Part shown: piece by piece, positions 25,644-34,392 of the stretch | Numbering within the stretch: position 1 is the stretch's first letter | Layout: each line of letters opens with the position of its first letter | IMG/VR virus record: IMGVR_UViG_3300028485_000001 | Coordinates: 1 to 64,000 of that record | Reading direction: 5' to 3' (one strand) | From: a virus | Lineage: Duplodnaviria > Caudoviricetes | DNA: 64,000 nucleotides | Made by a program: the position numbers and the translations under genes | Notes under the pieces: model-generated | Seen by the model: only the letters and a program-made list of their open reading frames with translations | Told to the model about the DNA's origin: nothing | Databases searched by the model: none

Positions 25644-26039
25644 GTGGAACTCCCGTACCGCTACACCGACGAGGACGCCGAGCTTGAAGTCTCCGCGACG
25701 GAGATCTCCCTCTACGAAGAGTCGGAACCGCGCGCATCACGGATCAACGCCCCCACCGGCCCTGACGCGGTCGACCTGGCCCGCGCGGTCCTCGACGCCG
25801 CCGGAAACACCGGGCACGAGGTCGTTGACAGCGCCGAACTGGCCGACACCGACCGCGAGCTCCGCATCGCCCGCCAGCAGGTCACCGACCTCCGCGACAA
25901 GGTGCGGGAGTTGGAGGGTGCGGTCCACGACCTCCGCGAGCGGGCCGCCGACCTGGTCGAGACCTCCGGTGACGCAACCGGCCTCGAAGCGATCGCCCAC
26001 CGCGTCCGCAACCTGCCGCTGACCACCACCAACGCCTAG
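25644..26039 (+). CDS. Hypothetical protein (paralog of 24721-24984 plus coiled coil)
   Basis: LPYRYTD...GPDAVDLARAVL. Confidence 0.75.
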   Translation: MELPYRYTDEDAELEVSATEISLYEESEPRASRINAPTGPDAVDLARAVLDAAGNTGHEVVDSAELADTDRELRIARQQVTDLRDKVRELEGAVHDLRERAADLVETSGDATGLEAIAHRVRNLPLTTTNA

Positions 26040-26048
26040 GAGACACCC

Positions 26049-26474
26049 GTGAGCACCGACCCGTTTGCCACCTGGCCCACCACCGAGGCCGGCACCGCCG
26101 ACCAGCTCGCCCGGTTCTACACCACCCGAGCGATGTGGCACTACGGCGCCGCCGAATCCAGCCACGACCGGCCCGTCCAGGAGCTCAAGGCCGCAACCGG
26201 CGCGTTCGTCGACGGACACACCATCGCGCACCTGCTGCGGGAATGGGCCAAGACCGACCCCGAGCGCGCCAACAAGGCCACCCGCGAGCTCCTGGAGGCC
26301 TACGAGCTGATGCCGGCGCCCCTGCACGACCTCCAGGAGTGGCTGACCGAGTACGGCGTCGCCCCGGACGAGGTGGTCAGCTCTGGCGTCCAGGCCGCCA
26401 AGGAGAGGCACCGCCAGGACGACGAGGCCCGCGCCGCTGCCCGCACGCCCCTCACCGCCGACACCGACGCCTAG
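26049..26474 (+). CDS. Hypothetical protein
   Basis: AGGAG RBS. Confidence 0.7.
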   Translation: MSTDPFATWPTTEAGTADQLARFYTTRAMWHYGAAESSHDRPVQELKAATGAFVDGHTIAHLLREWAKTDPERANKATRELLEAYELMPAPLHDLQEWLTEYGVAPDEVVSSGVQAAKERHRQDDEARAAARTPLTADTDA

Positions 26475-26482
26475 GAGAGAAC

Positions 26483-26809
26483 GTGAGCACCAAGACCGCC
26501 GCCACCCGCACCCTCACCGTCGCGCAGATGCGCGCCGAAGCCCGCGCCCGGTACGGCCCCGACATCCGCACCTGGGCCTACCAGTGCCCCGCCTGCGGCC
26601 ACGTCGCGACCGGCCCCGACATCGTCGAGTTCATCGCGAAGAACCCGGCGGCACTGCTCGGGGTCCACGGCACCCCCATCGACGCCGGTCAGGCCCTGGC
26701 CCAGCACTGCATCAACTGCTTCGCGGCTGCCTGCGACGCCGGAACCACCGTCGTCACCACCCCCGAAGGTCAGAACATCCGCATCTTCGAGCTGGCACCC
26801 ACCCCCTGA
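26483..26809 (+). CDS. Hypothetical zinc-finger protein
   Basis: W...CPACGHV...C..C. Confidence 0.7.
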   Translation: MSTKTAATRTLTVAQMRAEARARYGPDIRTWAYQCPACGHVATGPDIVEFIAKNPAALLGVHGTPIDAGQALAQHCINCFAAACDAGTTVVTTPEGQNIRIFELAPTP

Positions 26810-26906
26810 CCCCCAGCCCGACCGGACCCACAGGGCAGCCGGGGACCGCGAGCAGGCCGCGGACGGGCGCCAGAACAGACCAGGACGAGACCCCCCAGGA
26901 GGGCAC

Positions 26907-27725
26907 ATGGACAACGAAGACCAGGTCAGCCAGCAGATGGAACGCCTCACCGTCGCCGCACAGAACGTGATCACCCACTGGTCCGACACCCAGGTGCGCG
27001 GCCACCTCAAGGAGCACCCCGACTTCGTCGAGCACAGCCTCACGCTCATCGAGGACACGGCCCGCACCGTGCGCGCCGCCGTCAAGAAGGAGCGTCCCGA
27101 CTGCGGCAACGTCGCCAGCGGGGAGCCCGAGAAGGACTTCGACAACCAGGTCGACGCCTACCGGGCGCACACCTGCGACTGCGACTACTGCTACCAGCAG
27201 GAGGCCGAACCCGTCGCCGAGCCCATCTTCGAGTCCTTCGGTGCCCCCGCGCCGGAGTGGGAGCTTGGGCAGCCCTACGCCGGATGCAGCCGGAACGACC
27301 TCATCTACCTCCTCGGACTGGCTAAGGACGAAGCCACCGAGACCACCAACACGATCATCGCTGCCGCCGAAGCCGCCGCCAGCTCGGGCCCTGACGCCGC
27401 GGTCGCGATTATCGCCCAGTACGTCCTCGACAACGGAAACGTCCGCGAACCCACCGAAGCCACCGACGAACAGCTGGCCGCGCTGACCGCCTACCCCCAC
27501 GGCCCCGACGGGCGCTTCAAGGAAGCGCTCAACCTCTGGCGCGTGACGTGGGACTTCACCACCACCGGCTGCTCCAGCGCCCCCTCCGAGGACGATGTCA
27601 CCACAGCCTCAGAGGTCATCCGCACTTCCATCCGCGTCGGCATCGAGCAGGAGCACATCCTCCAAGCCGCACGCGACGCCGGCGAAGCCCTCCGATCCGA
27701 CATCGCCCACTTCCTGCCGAACTGA
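26907..27725 (+). CDS. Hypothetical protein
   Basis: AGGAGG RBS. Confidence 0.7.
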   Translation: MDNEDQVSQQMERLTVAAQNVITHWSDTQVRGHLKEHPDFVEHSLTLIEDTARTVRAAVKKERPDCGNVASGEPEKDFDNQVDAYRAHTCDCDYCYQQEAEPVAEPIFESFGAPAPEWELGQPYAGCSRNDLIYLLGLAKDEATETTNTIIAAAEAAASSGPDAAVAIIAQYVLDNGNVREPTEATDEQLAALTAYPHGPDGRFKEALNLWRVTWDFTTTGCSSAPSEDDVTTASEVIRTSIRVGIEQEHILQAARDAGEALRSDIAHFLPN

Positions 27726-27735
27726 AGGACCCGAA

Positions 27736-28488
27736 ATGACCAGACAGCAAATCGAAACCATGCACCAGATCAGCGACATCATGGACGCCGTCATCAACCA
27801 GATTCGCGCCCGCCAGAACCACACGCCCACCGGCGAACTCGACGGCGACATGACCATCGAAGCCCTTCCCAGCTGGTACGGCGACACCACCTTCCGCTCC
27901 AAGCTCGAAGCTGACTGGGCCGCCACCCTCGACACGTTCGGCATCGCCTGGGAGTACGAGCCCGAGACCATCACCCTCCCCTCTGGCACCGTGTACATCC
28001 CCGACTTCTGGCTGCCCCAGATCGGCACATGGCTGGAAGTCAAGGGCCCCGGCGTTCCCCGAATCGAGAAGGCCCACGAACTCGCCGCGGCCCGGGCCTG
28101 CTACTGCCAGGGGCGGTGCTCCTGCACCCATCACGGCGGCGAACTCGTCCTGATCGGACACATCCCGACCCCGCTCCAGCACCGCGACGACGACCGCTAC
28201 TGGTCGGACTACTGGGAGCGCCGCCGTCACGACAACGAGCGCAAGCGCACCCCCGGCCACCTGGCATGGACAGTCGCCCACGGACCCGAGGCGTACATGG
28301 CTACCTGCCAGCGATGCGGAGTCACCGGGTGGGCGCCGTTGCGCTATCCGGGCTGTAGGGCCTGCCGTAAGCGCTTCGACAACACCCCCGTGTACCGGTC
28401 CGGAGCGAAGGAGCTGTTCTTCGTGAACTCCGACGGACTTCCGCGACCAGAGGCGTCCGTTCCTGCTCCGGCGCCCGCCACCGCTTGA
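27736..28488 (+). CDS. PD-(D/E)XK nuclease
   Basis: FRSKLEADWA...WEYEP...YIPDFWLP....EVKG. Confidence 0.8.
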   Translation: MTRQQIETMHQISDIMDAVINQIRARQNHTPTGELDGDMTIEALPSWYGDTTFRSKLEADWAATLDTFGIAWEYEPETITLPSGTVYIPDFWLPQIGTWLEVKGPGVPRIEKAHELAAARACYCQGRCSCTHHGGELVLIGHIPTPLQHRDDDRYWSDYWERRRHDNERKRTPGHLAWTVAHGPEAYMATCQRCGVTGWAPLRYPGCRACRKRFDNTPVYRSGAKELFFVNSDGLPRPEASVPAPAPATA

Positions 28489-28520
28489 CCCACCAACGAC
28501 CACTACCAACCGGGGGAGCC

Positions 28521-29543
28521 ATGGGGGTGCGCCTGATGGTCGAGATCTACGACCACTGGAGCGACTTCGGGCTGACGTCCGGCGAACGCAGCGACCTGCT
28601 CGTCATCGCCGAGAACGCCAACGACAAGACCCGAGAGACGTTCGGCAGCATCCACGCGCCGTACATCCTCCACCGCGCCGGCGACAAGTCTCCGGCCGCG
28701 TGGAAGAACACCATCGGCAAGCTCATGAAGAAGGCGGCACTGGAGTACGCGGTCGAGGGTGGCAGGGAGGTTCGCGGTCACCCCGGCCAGACAGCCCGCT
28801 ACCGGATCCCGCACCTGTGCCCGCTGCGTGATCACGACGGCTTGTGGGGTCAGTGCAAGCGGACCGAAGAATGGGTCACCCCTCAGGTGACCCATTCGGA
28901 CCTAGGTAGTGATCGGACCGACGGAATGGGTCACTTCCCAGATGACCCATCCGACGGAATGGGTCACCTGACAGATGCGGAATGGGTCACCTCTCAGGTG
29001 ACCCCTACCCCTCCTACCCCTCTTACTACTTCCGCCGAAGCGGAAGCAGGGGACGCCGGGACTCTCTTCGACGTCGACAAGCCCAAGCCGAAACCGAAGA
29101 AGGCGCCCAAGCCCCCGACGTCCGCTCAGATCGAAGCCCGCAAGATCGCCAGCGGCTACATGAAGAAGTACGGCAACGGCTCCAGCCAGACCGAGACGGC
29201 CGTCCGCAAGATCGTCGAGACAACCATCAACAACGGAACCGACCGCGACACCGTCGCCTGGTCCGTGGACGCCATTGGGCGCACCGGAAAGTCCATCACC
29301 TCCTGGCGACTCACCGACACCATCGCCGACGTCCGCGCCCGCCGCGGTGACACCCCCGGCTCCATGGCGTCCCGCCGGACCGCCGCTGAGTGCTCGGAGC
29401 ACTCCATGCCACTGGCGTGCTCCGCGTGCCTGGGCGACATCCGCGCCGGCGACGACGAGGTGCCCCGCCGCCTCCTTTCCACCTATGGCTCCGAGGTCCG
29501 CTGGGACCTCGCCGAACGACTCAACAAGGGAGAAGCCGCCTGA
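28521..29543 (+). CDS. Putative replication initiator
   Basis: Directly upstream of DnaB; internal iteron repeats. Confidence 0.7.
   Translation: MGVRLMVEIYDHWSDFGLTSGERSDLLVIAENANDKTRETFGSIHAPYILHRAGDKSPAAWKNTIGKLMKKAALEYAVEGGREVRGHPGQTARYRIPHLCPLRDHDGLWGQCKRTEEWVTPQVTHSDLGSDRTDGMGHFPDDPSDGMGHLTDAEWVTSQVTPTPPTPLTTSAEAEAGDAGTLFDVDKPKPKPKKAPKPPTSAQIEARKIASGYMKKYGNGSSQTETAVRKIVETTINNGTDRDTVAWSVDAIGRTGKSITSWRLTDTIADVRARRGDTPGSMASRRTAAECSEHSMPLACSACLGDIRAGDDEVPRRLLSTYGSEVRWDLAERLNKGEAA
28869..29005. repeat. Four GAATGGGTCAC iteron units (putative origin)
   Basis: Starts at 28869, 28924, 28957 and 28980; the first is a perfect 12-bp palindrome. Confidence 0.85.
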
Positions 29544-30907
29544 TGACGGTTCACGACATCACCCCCCGCATTCCGCAGGACGACTCGACTCCGCCGCACG
29601 ACGTCGGTGCCGAGCAGATCGTCCTCGGCGCGGCCATCCTCGACTCCCGGGTCCTGCGGGACCTGGGCGACCTGATCACCCCGATGGACCTGTACCGACC
29701 CGCGCACCAGGTCATCTTGGAGACCGTCATGGGCATGGCGGACCTGGGTTTGCCGATCGAGCCGGTGGCGGTGCACCGGGAGCTGGTGAAGCGCAAGCAG
29801 GCCACCGCGGTCGGCGGCGCACCGTACCTGTACGAGCTTGTGGACAAGGTCCCGACGGTACAGAACGCGACCTGGTACGCGAAGGTCGTCGCGGACCTGT
29901 CGTTCCAGAGGCGCCTGATCGAGGCGGGCACGCGGATCGCTCAGATCGGCTGGGAGGGCGAGGGCGAGCCGACCGTCCTTGCAGAGGTCGCCGACGAGGC
30001 TCTGCGGTCTGCGGTTGCCGCCGGCGCGACGGGGGAGCCGGACACACAGCTCCTCGGAGACGACGCGGAGTTCATCGACGCGCTGGAGAAGCCGCTGTCG
30101 ACGGAGAACATGGTGCCCGCTCCCTATGTCGACCTTGGCGAGCGGATCGGCGGAGGGTTCAAGCCGGGGCAGCTGATCTGCATCGCCGGTCGGACCGGTG
30201 GCGGCAAGTCCGTGGTGGGTCTGGACATCGCCCGACACGCGGGGATCCGCCATCGGATGCCAACCCTGTACATCAGCCTGGAGATGCCCGCTGACCAGAT
30301 CCGGGAGCGCATCTACGCCGCCGAGGCGAAGGTCCCGGGGAAGCGCATCACCGACCACGAGCTCACGGACGAGGACTGGTCGAAGATCGCAAAGGTGCGG
30401 CCCGCGATCAACGCCGCGCCGATCTGGGTGGCTGCGCCGGCGCAGTGCACGCTCAACATGGTCAGGCAGCGCCTTCAGGCGATGGAGCGCAAGGGCCACA
30501 AGCCGCGGCTCCTGGTGGTCGACCACGTGGGCCTGATGTCCTCGACCGGGAAGAACGAGTCCCGCTACACCGAGGTCAGTGCCTACGCCCGCGGGTTGAA
30601 GCTGATCGCGATGGAGTTCAAGATCCCCGTGGTCATGCTCTGCCAGGTGAACAGGTCGGTGGGCCAGCGCCCGGACGCGATCCCGCGGGTGTCGGACCTG
30701 CGCGACTCCGGCGAGCTGGAGCAGTCCTCCGACCTGGTGGCGATGGTGCACCTGCCGGACTACGACGTGAAGGACAAGGCCGAGGGGCACGAACGCGCCG
30801 GCGAGGTCGACCTGTACCTCGCGAAGAACCGCAGTGGTCCGACCGCTGTCGTGACGCTGTCGGCTCAGTTGCACTACTCGCGCTTCGCCGACATGGCGCA
30901 GGGGTGA
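29543..30907 (+). CDS. dnaB: DnaB-like replicative helicase
   Basis: AGRTGGGKS, SLEM, VVDH, Q..R, LRDSGELEQ..D and AKNRSGP. Confidence 0.95.
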   Translation: MTVHDITPRIPQDDSTPPHDVGAEQIVLGAAILDSRVLRDLGDLITPMDLYRPAHQVILETVMGMADLGLPIEPVAVHRELVKRKQATAVGGAPYLYELVDKVPTVQNATWYAKVVADLSFQRRLIEAGTRIAQIGWEGEGEPTVLAEVADEALRSAVAAGATGEPDTQLLGDDAEFIDALEKPLSTENMVPAPYVDLGERIGGGFKPGQLICIAGRTGGGKSVVGLDIARHAGIRHRMPTLYISLEMPADQIRERIYAAEAKVPGKRITDHELTDEDWSKIAKVRPAINAAPIWVAAPAQCTLNMVRQRLQAMERKGHKPRLLVVDHVGLMSSTGKNESRYTEVSAYARGLKLIAMEFKIPVVMLCQVNRSVGQRPDAIPRVSDLRDSGELEQSSDLVAMVHLPDYDVKDKAEGHERAGEVDLYLAKNRSGPTAVVTLSAQLHYSRFADMAQG

Positions 30908-32022
30908 TGGGGATGCCCCTGACGATCGGCTCCCTCTGCTCTGGCTATGAGGGCCTGGGCATGTCTGTCCAGTCCGTCCTCGACGCCGAACTCGCGTGGG
31001 TCGCGGACCCCGATCCGGGCGCGGCGAAGATCCTCGCCCACCACCACCCCGACGTGCCCAACCTCGGCGACATCACTCAGACCGACTGGTCGACCGTGCC
31101 CCCCGTCGACATCTTGACCGCCGGGTTCCCGTGCCAGGACATCAGCAACGCCGGCAAGCGCGCCGGGATCGAAGGAGAACGAAGTGGGATCTGGTCGAAC
31201 GTCGCCGACGCCATTCGCGTACTACGACCCCGAGTCGTCTTCCTGGAGAACGTCTCAGCCGTCGTTGTTCGGGGGCTCGACCGAGTTGTCTCCGACCTGG
31301 CCGCGGTCGGGTATGACGCGAGCTGGATGTGCCTACGAGCTTCCGACGTCGGCGCTCCGCACCGTCGAGAGCGCTGGTTCTGCGTCGCCTGGCCTGCCGA
31401 CGCCGCGGGCCCGCGACTCGAAGGGGCGGGGGTTCTCGGACGGGTTGCCGAACGTCGTGGAGGACTTGCTGCCGACGCCGACCACCTCGGAGGCCACTGG
31501 GGCGGGGGCGCCGGATGGGAACCGCAACGACACGCTGCGGGCGCGGGTGCGGCTCTTGCCCACGCCGACGGCGACGCCCTACGGCAACAACCAGTCGCCG
31601 TCGGCGGGCGCGGCGGTGCGTCCGTCACTGAACTCCCTGGCAGCGGATGGGGCACTCTTGCCGACCCCACGGGCGTCGGACACGGGCACCCCCGGCCGCC
31701 GGGCCTCGGAGGGGTTCCGGCCGCCACTGTCGGAAGTGATCTTGCGTGGGGCGCGTACTCAGGGGCGATCCGCCGCTGGGAGCACGTCACCGGACGTCCT
31801 GCCCCTGTTCCCACTGAGCCCGGACGAAACGGACAGCCCCGCCTGAGCCCCGTCTTCGTCGAGTGGTTGATGGGTCTGCCCTTGGGATGGGTGACGGCGC
31901 CGGAGATCGGGCTCACCCGAACCCGGCAGCTTCACGCCTTGGGCAACGGCGTGGTCCCGCAGCAGGGGTCTCACGCTCTCCGTCTCCTCCTGGAGCGCGT
32001 GACCGCCGACGTGGCCGCATAG
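30907..32022 (+). CDS. DNA cytosine-5 methyltransferase
   Basis: LCSGYEG, GFPCQD, ENV, HRRERWF, EWLMGLP and GNGV. Confidence 0.92.
   Translation: MGMPLTIGSLCSGYEGLGMSVQSVLDAELAWVADPDPGAAKILAHHHPDVPNLGDITQTDWSTVPPVDILTAGFPCQDISNAGKRAGIEGERSGIWSNVADAIRVLRPRVVFLENVSAVVVRGLDRVVSDLAAVGYDASWMCLRASDVGAPHRRERWFCVAWPADAAGPRLEGAGVLGRVAERRGGLAADADHLGGHWGGGAGWEPQRHAAGAGAALAHADGDALRQQPVAVGGRGGASVTELPGSGWGTLADPTGVGHGHPRPPGLGGVPAATVGSDLAWGAYSGAIRRWEHVTGRPAPVPTEPGRNGQPRLSPVFVEWLMGLPLGWVTAPEIGLTRTRQLHALGNGVVPQQGSHALRLLLERVTADVAA
31184..31846 (+). CDS. Nested alternative-frame ORF inside the methyltransferase with four LPTP repeats
   Basis: AGGAG at 31173-31177 before GTG; YDPESSSWRTSQ...WPRSGM; LPTP-x-A-x-D-like repeats. 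Confidence 0.65.
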   Translation: MGSGRTSPTPFAYYDPESSSWRTSQPSLFGGSTELSPTWPRSGMTRAGCAYELPTSALRTVESAGSASPGLPTPRARDSKGRGFSDGLPNVVEDLLPTPTTSEATGAGAPDGNRNDTLRARVRLLPTPTATPYGNNQSPSAGAAVRPSLNSLAADGALLPTPRASDTGTPGRRASEGFRPPLSEVILRGARTQGRSAAGSTSPDVLPLFPLSPDETDSPA

Positions 32023-32026
32023 GTGC

Positions 32027-32053
32027 GCCCCGCCAGCTGGTATCTGGCGGGGC
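32027..32053 (+). terminator. Hairpin after the methyltransferase
   Basis: GCCCCGCCAG-N7-CTGGCGGGGC. Confidence 0.65.
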
Positions 32054-32176
32054 ACGCCCCCGATCCTCTCATGCGCCCGCACAGCGCACGCTGACGCCCG
32101 TACAGGACTGTCAGCACCCCGAGTCACACTCAAGTTTCCTGAGCGCCTGACGCTCACTACAGCCCCGGGAGGGGAC

Positions 32177-32515
32177 ATGTCCGACACCGACCTCCTACGA
32201 GAAGCCGCCGCGAGAGTGCGCGAGACCGCCACCGCTGCCGCTCCCGGCCCGTGGCACATGGACGAGGGCCAGCGCATCTATGCCGAGGATGGCGCCTACG
32301 TCACGTCGCCGTGGACGAACGACGAGCGAGACGACGACCTCGACCACATCGCCCTGTGGCACCCCGGGGTTGCGCTCGCCGTCGCCGACCTGCTCGACAG
32401 CGAAGCCACCCACCACGTCGACGACCCCTCGTTCGAGCGCGACACCGACCCGCTGTGCGACACGTGGCCGCACGCGGTCCGGATCGCCCGCGCCCTGGTC
32501 GGGGAGGGGGAGTGA
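32177..32515 (+). CDS. Hypothetical protein
   Basis: GGAGG RBS; TPGPW-like and HIA.W.P patterns of small phage proteins. Confidence 0.75.
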   Translation: MSDTDLLREAAARVRETATAAAPGPWHMDEGQRIYAEDGAYVTSPWTNDERDDDLDHIALWHPGVALAVADLLDSEATHHVDDPSFERDTDPLCDTWPHAVRIARALVGEGE

Positions 32516-32709
32516 AGGCCTCCGTCATCCGCCACGGCGGCCACACCCACCGGCTCGCCCCCGCCAAAGAAGACCCCGACCGCGGATACGCGACCCGGCG
32601 CACCCGCACCCTCTGCCGTATCCCGCTCGACGACACCATGCCGCCGTCGCCCGCAGGCACAGCCGTGACCTGCCCGCGATGCAAGCGGCTCAGCCCGAAG
32701 GAGAACTGA
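32512..32709 (+). CDS. Small zinc-binding protein
   Basis: H...TLC...VTCPRC. Confidence 0.65.
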   Translation: MKASVIRHGGHTHRLAPAKEDPDRGYATRRTRTLCRIPLDDTMPPSPAGTAVTCPRCKRLSPKEN

Positions 32710-33146
32710 TGGACCTGCAAGAGGCGACCCAGCTCGCCGCCCAAGCCCACGCCGGACAGGTTGACAAAGCCGGACGCCCCTACAGCGAGCACGTGTTCGC
32801 GGTTCGCGACCTGCTCGCACCCCACGGTCCGCACGCCCAGATGGCCGGGGTCCTGCACGACACCCTCGAAGACACCGACCTCACCGCCGACGACCTGCGC
32901 GCCCACGGATGCCCCGAAGAGGTAATCCGCGCCGTGGAAGCCGTCACCAAGCAGGCGGGGGAGACCTACGAGGACGCCGTGCACCGAGCGGCGGCCGACC
33001 CGCTGGGGCGGCTGGTGAAGCTTGCCGACAACGCCCACAACTCCGACGAGGGCCGACTCGCTCTGCTCCCGATGGAGAAGGCGGACCGGCTGCGAGTCAA
33101 GTACGCGCGGGCACGCATCCTGCTCAACGCCACCCAGGAGTCCTGA
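32709..33146 (+). CDS. HD-domain protein, RelA/SpoT hydrolase (Mesh1/SAH)-like
   Basis: AH.GQ.DKAG.PY..H, LHDTLEDT and VKLAD..HN. Confidence 0.85.
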   Translation: MDLQEATQLAAQAHAGQVDKAGRPYSEHVFAVRDLLAPHGPHAQMAGVLHDTLEDTDLTADDLRAHGCPEEVIRAVEAVTKQAGETYEDAVHRAAADPLGRLVKLADNAHNSDEGRLALLPMEKADRLRVKYARARILLNATQES

Positions 33147-33147
33147 C

Positions 33148-33300
33148 ATGGCACTGCCGCCCGTCCCGAATGCCTGCATCGCCTGCGGTGTGAGCGCATG
33201 GCATCACGCCTCAGCAGGCCACGCCTACCAAGCGCCAACCCCAGGCGAGCGATCCGCCCGGATGGACTCCTGGATCAACCTCAACTCGAAGGAGAACTGA
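33148..33300 (+). CDS. Small hypothetical protein
   Basis: AGGAG RBS; CIACG..H. Confidence 0.55.
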   Translation: MALPPVPNACIACGVSAWHHASAGHAYQAPTPGERSARMDSWINLNSKEN

Positions 33301-33301
33301 C

Positions 33302-33838
33302 ATGGCCAAGCTCGTGTTCCTCGACACCGAAACCACCGGCCTCAACCCCGAACTCCACGATGTGTGGGAGATCGCCGTCATCACCAACGACGGCGAGGAA
33401 CACCGCTGGACCGTTCGCCCCGATCTCACCCACGCCGACCCGAACGCGCTGAAGATCGGCGGGTACTACGAGCGGGCGCGACTCAACTCCCTCGGGCCTG
33501 ATGCCGAGAACGTCGCTGGGCAGCTCGCCCGCCTCCTCGACAGCGCGACGGTCGTCGGTTCCAACCCCTCGTTCGATCAGGCGTTCCTCACCCGGTGGCT
33601 GCGCAAGTACGGCCAGTGCTGGACGGCGCACTACCGCACCGTCGACATCGTCACGCTCGGGCACGGCTACCTGGTGGGGTGCGAGCCCGGGTACAGCCCC
33701 GCCGAGCACATGCCTCCGGCCACGCACGACGTCTGCCGCGCTTTCGGTATCGACCCGGGCGGCTACGACCGGCACACCGCCCTCGGGGACGCGCGCATGG
33801 TCCGCGACCTGTACACCGCCATCACCAAGGAGTCCTGA
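33302..33838 (+). CDS. DnaQ-like DEDDh 3'-5' exonuclease
   Basis: FLDTETTG, N..FD..FL and HTALGDA. Confidence 0.9.
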   Translation: MAKLVFLDTETTGLNPELHDVWEIAVITNDGEEHRWTVRPDLTHADPNALKIGGYYERARLNSLGPDAENVAGQLARLLDSATVVGSNPSFDQAFLTRWLRKYGQCWTAHYRTVDIVTLGHGYLVGCEPGYSPAEHMPPATHDVCRAFGIDPGGYDRHTALGDARMVRDLYTAITKES

Positions 33839-34026
33839 TGGCCGCTGCCGTCCGTGTCCTAGCCGCTCTTGCTTTCGCCGGGATCGCCCTGGCCGTCGTC
33901 GGGGCGATCCACTCGGTCATCGGCGGGACGTGGTCGCTGCTCCTGTGGCAGCTCATCGCTGCCTTGTGGCCCGTGTCCGTCCTGATCTTCGTCCACCGCA
34001 TGCACCAGAACACCAAGGAGAACTGA
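33838..34026 (+). CDS. Small membrane protein
   Basis: Two TM helices. Confidence 0.65.
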   Translation: MAAAVRVLAALAFAGIALAVVGAIHSVIGGTWSLLLWQLIAALWPVSVLIFVHRMHQNTKEN

Positions 34027-34027
34027 C

Positions 34028-34177
34028 ATGGCCCTGCCCAGCATCACCGTGACCGCGCGTCTCGTCGACGTCCCTGAGATCAAGTGGAGCCAGTCCGGGA
34101 CTGCCGTGGCGAAGTTGCGCCTCGTGTCGAACGAGCGCCGCCTCAACAAGCAGACCAACGAGTGGGGCGGGAGCTAG
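34028..34177 (+). pseudogene. ssb: Truncated SSB (49 aa N-terminal fragment)
   Basis: MALPSITVTARLVDVPEIKWSQSGTAVAKLRLVSNERR...NEW then a premature stop. Confidence 0.8.
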
Positions 34178-34326
34178 GAGCGGCCAGGAATCTCCAAGTC
34201 CAAGGCGGTTTCGAGCAGGTGGACGATCTCGGAGTTGAGCGACCGTCGGTCCTCCTTGGCCCGGTCGGTGAGCCGGTCGTGGAGGTCTTCGGGCAGGCGG
34301 AGAGTGATTCGCGTTGCGGATTCCAT
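34174..34326 (-). CDS. Arc-family ribbon-helix-helix protein (50 aa)
   Basis: Hand-translated RITLRLPEDLHDRL...RRSLNSEIVHLL; TACCAT-N6-ATG. Confidence 0.85.
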   Translation of the reverse strand: MESATRITLRLPEDLHDRLTDRAKEDRRSLNSEIVHLLETALDLEIPGRS

Positions 34327-34327
34327 G

Positions 34328-34378
34328 CCACCATGGTAACGCCCCCATGGTGGTATAGTGGTGTCATCGTGACACCAC
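34328..34378. promoter_or_regulatory. Two 9-bp inverted repeats and a TATAGT -10 between Arc and HNH
   Basis: CCACCATGG-N8-CCATGGTGG (34328-34353); GTGGTGTCA-TCG-TGACACCAC (34358-34378). Confidence 0.75.
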
Positions 34379-34392
34379 TCGGGGGGCGAACT

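Noticed and set aside
29483-30874. 463-aa minus-strand ORF
   Set aside because: Antisense shadow of dnaB
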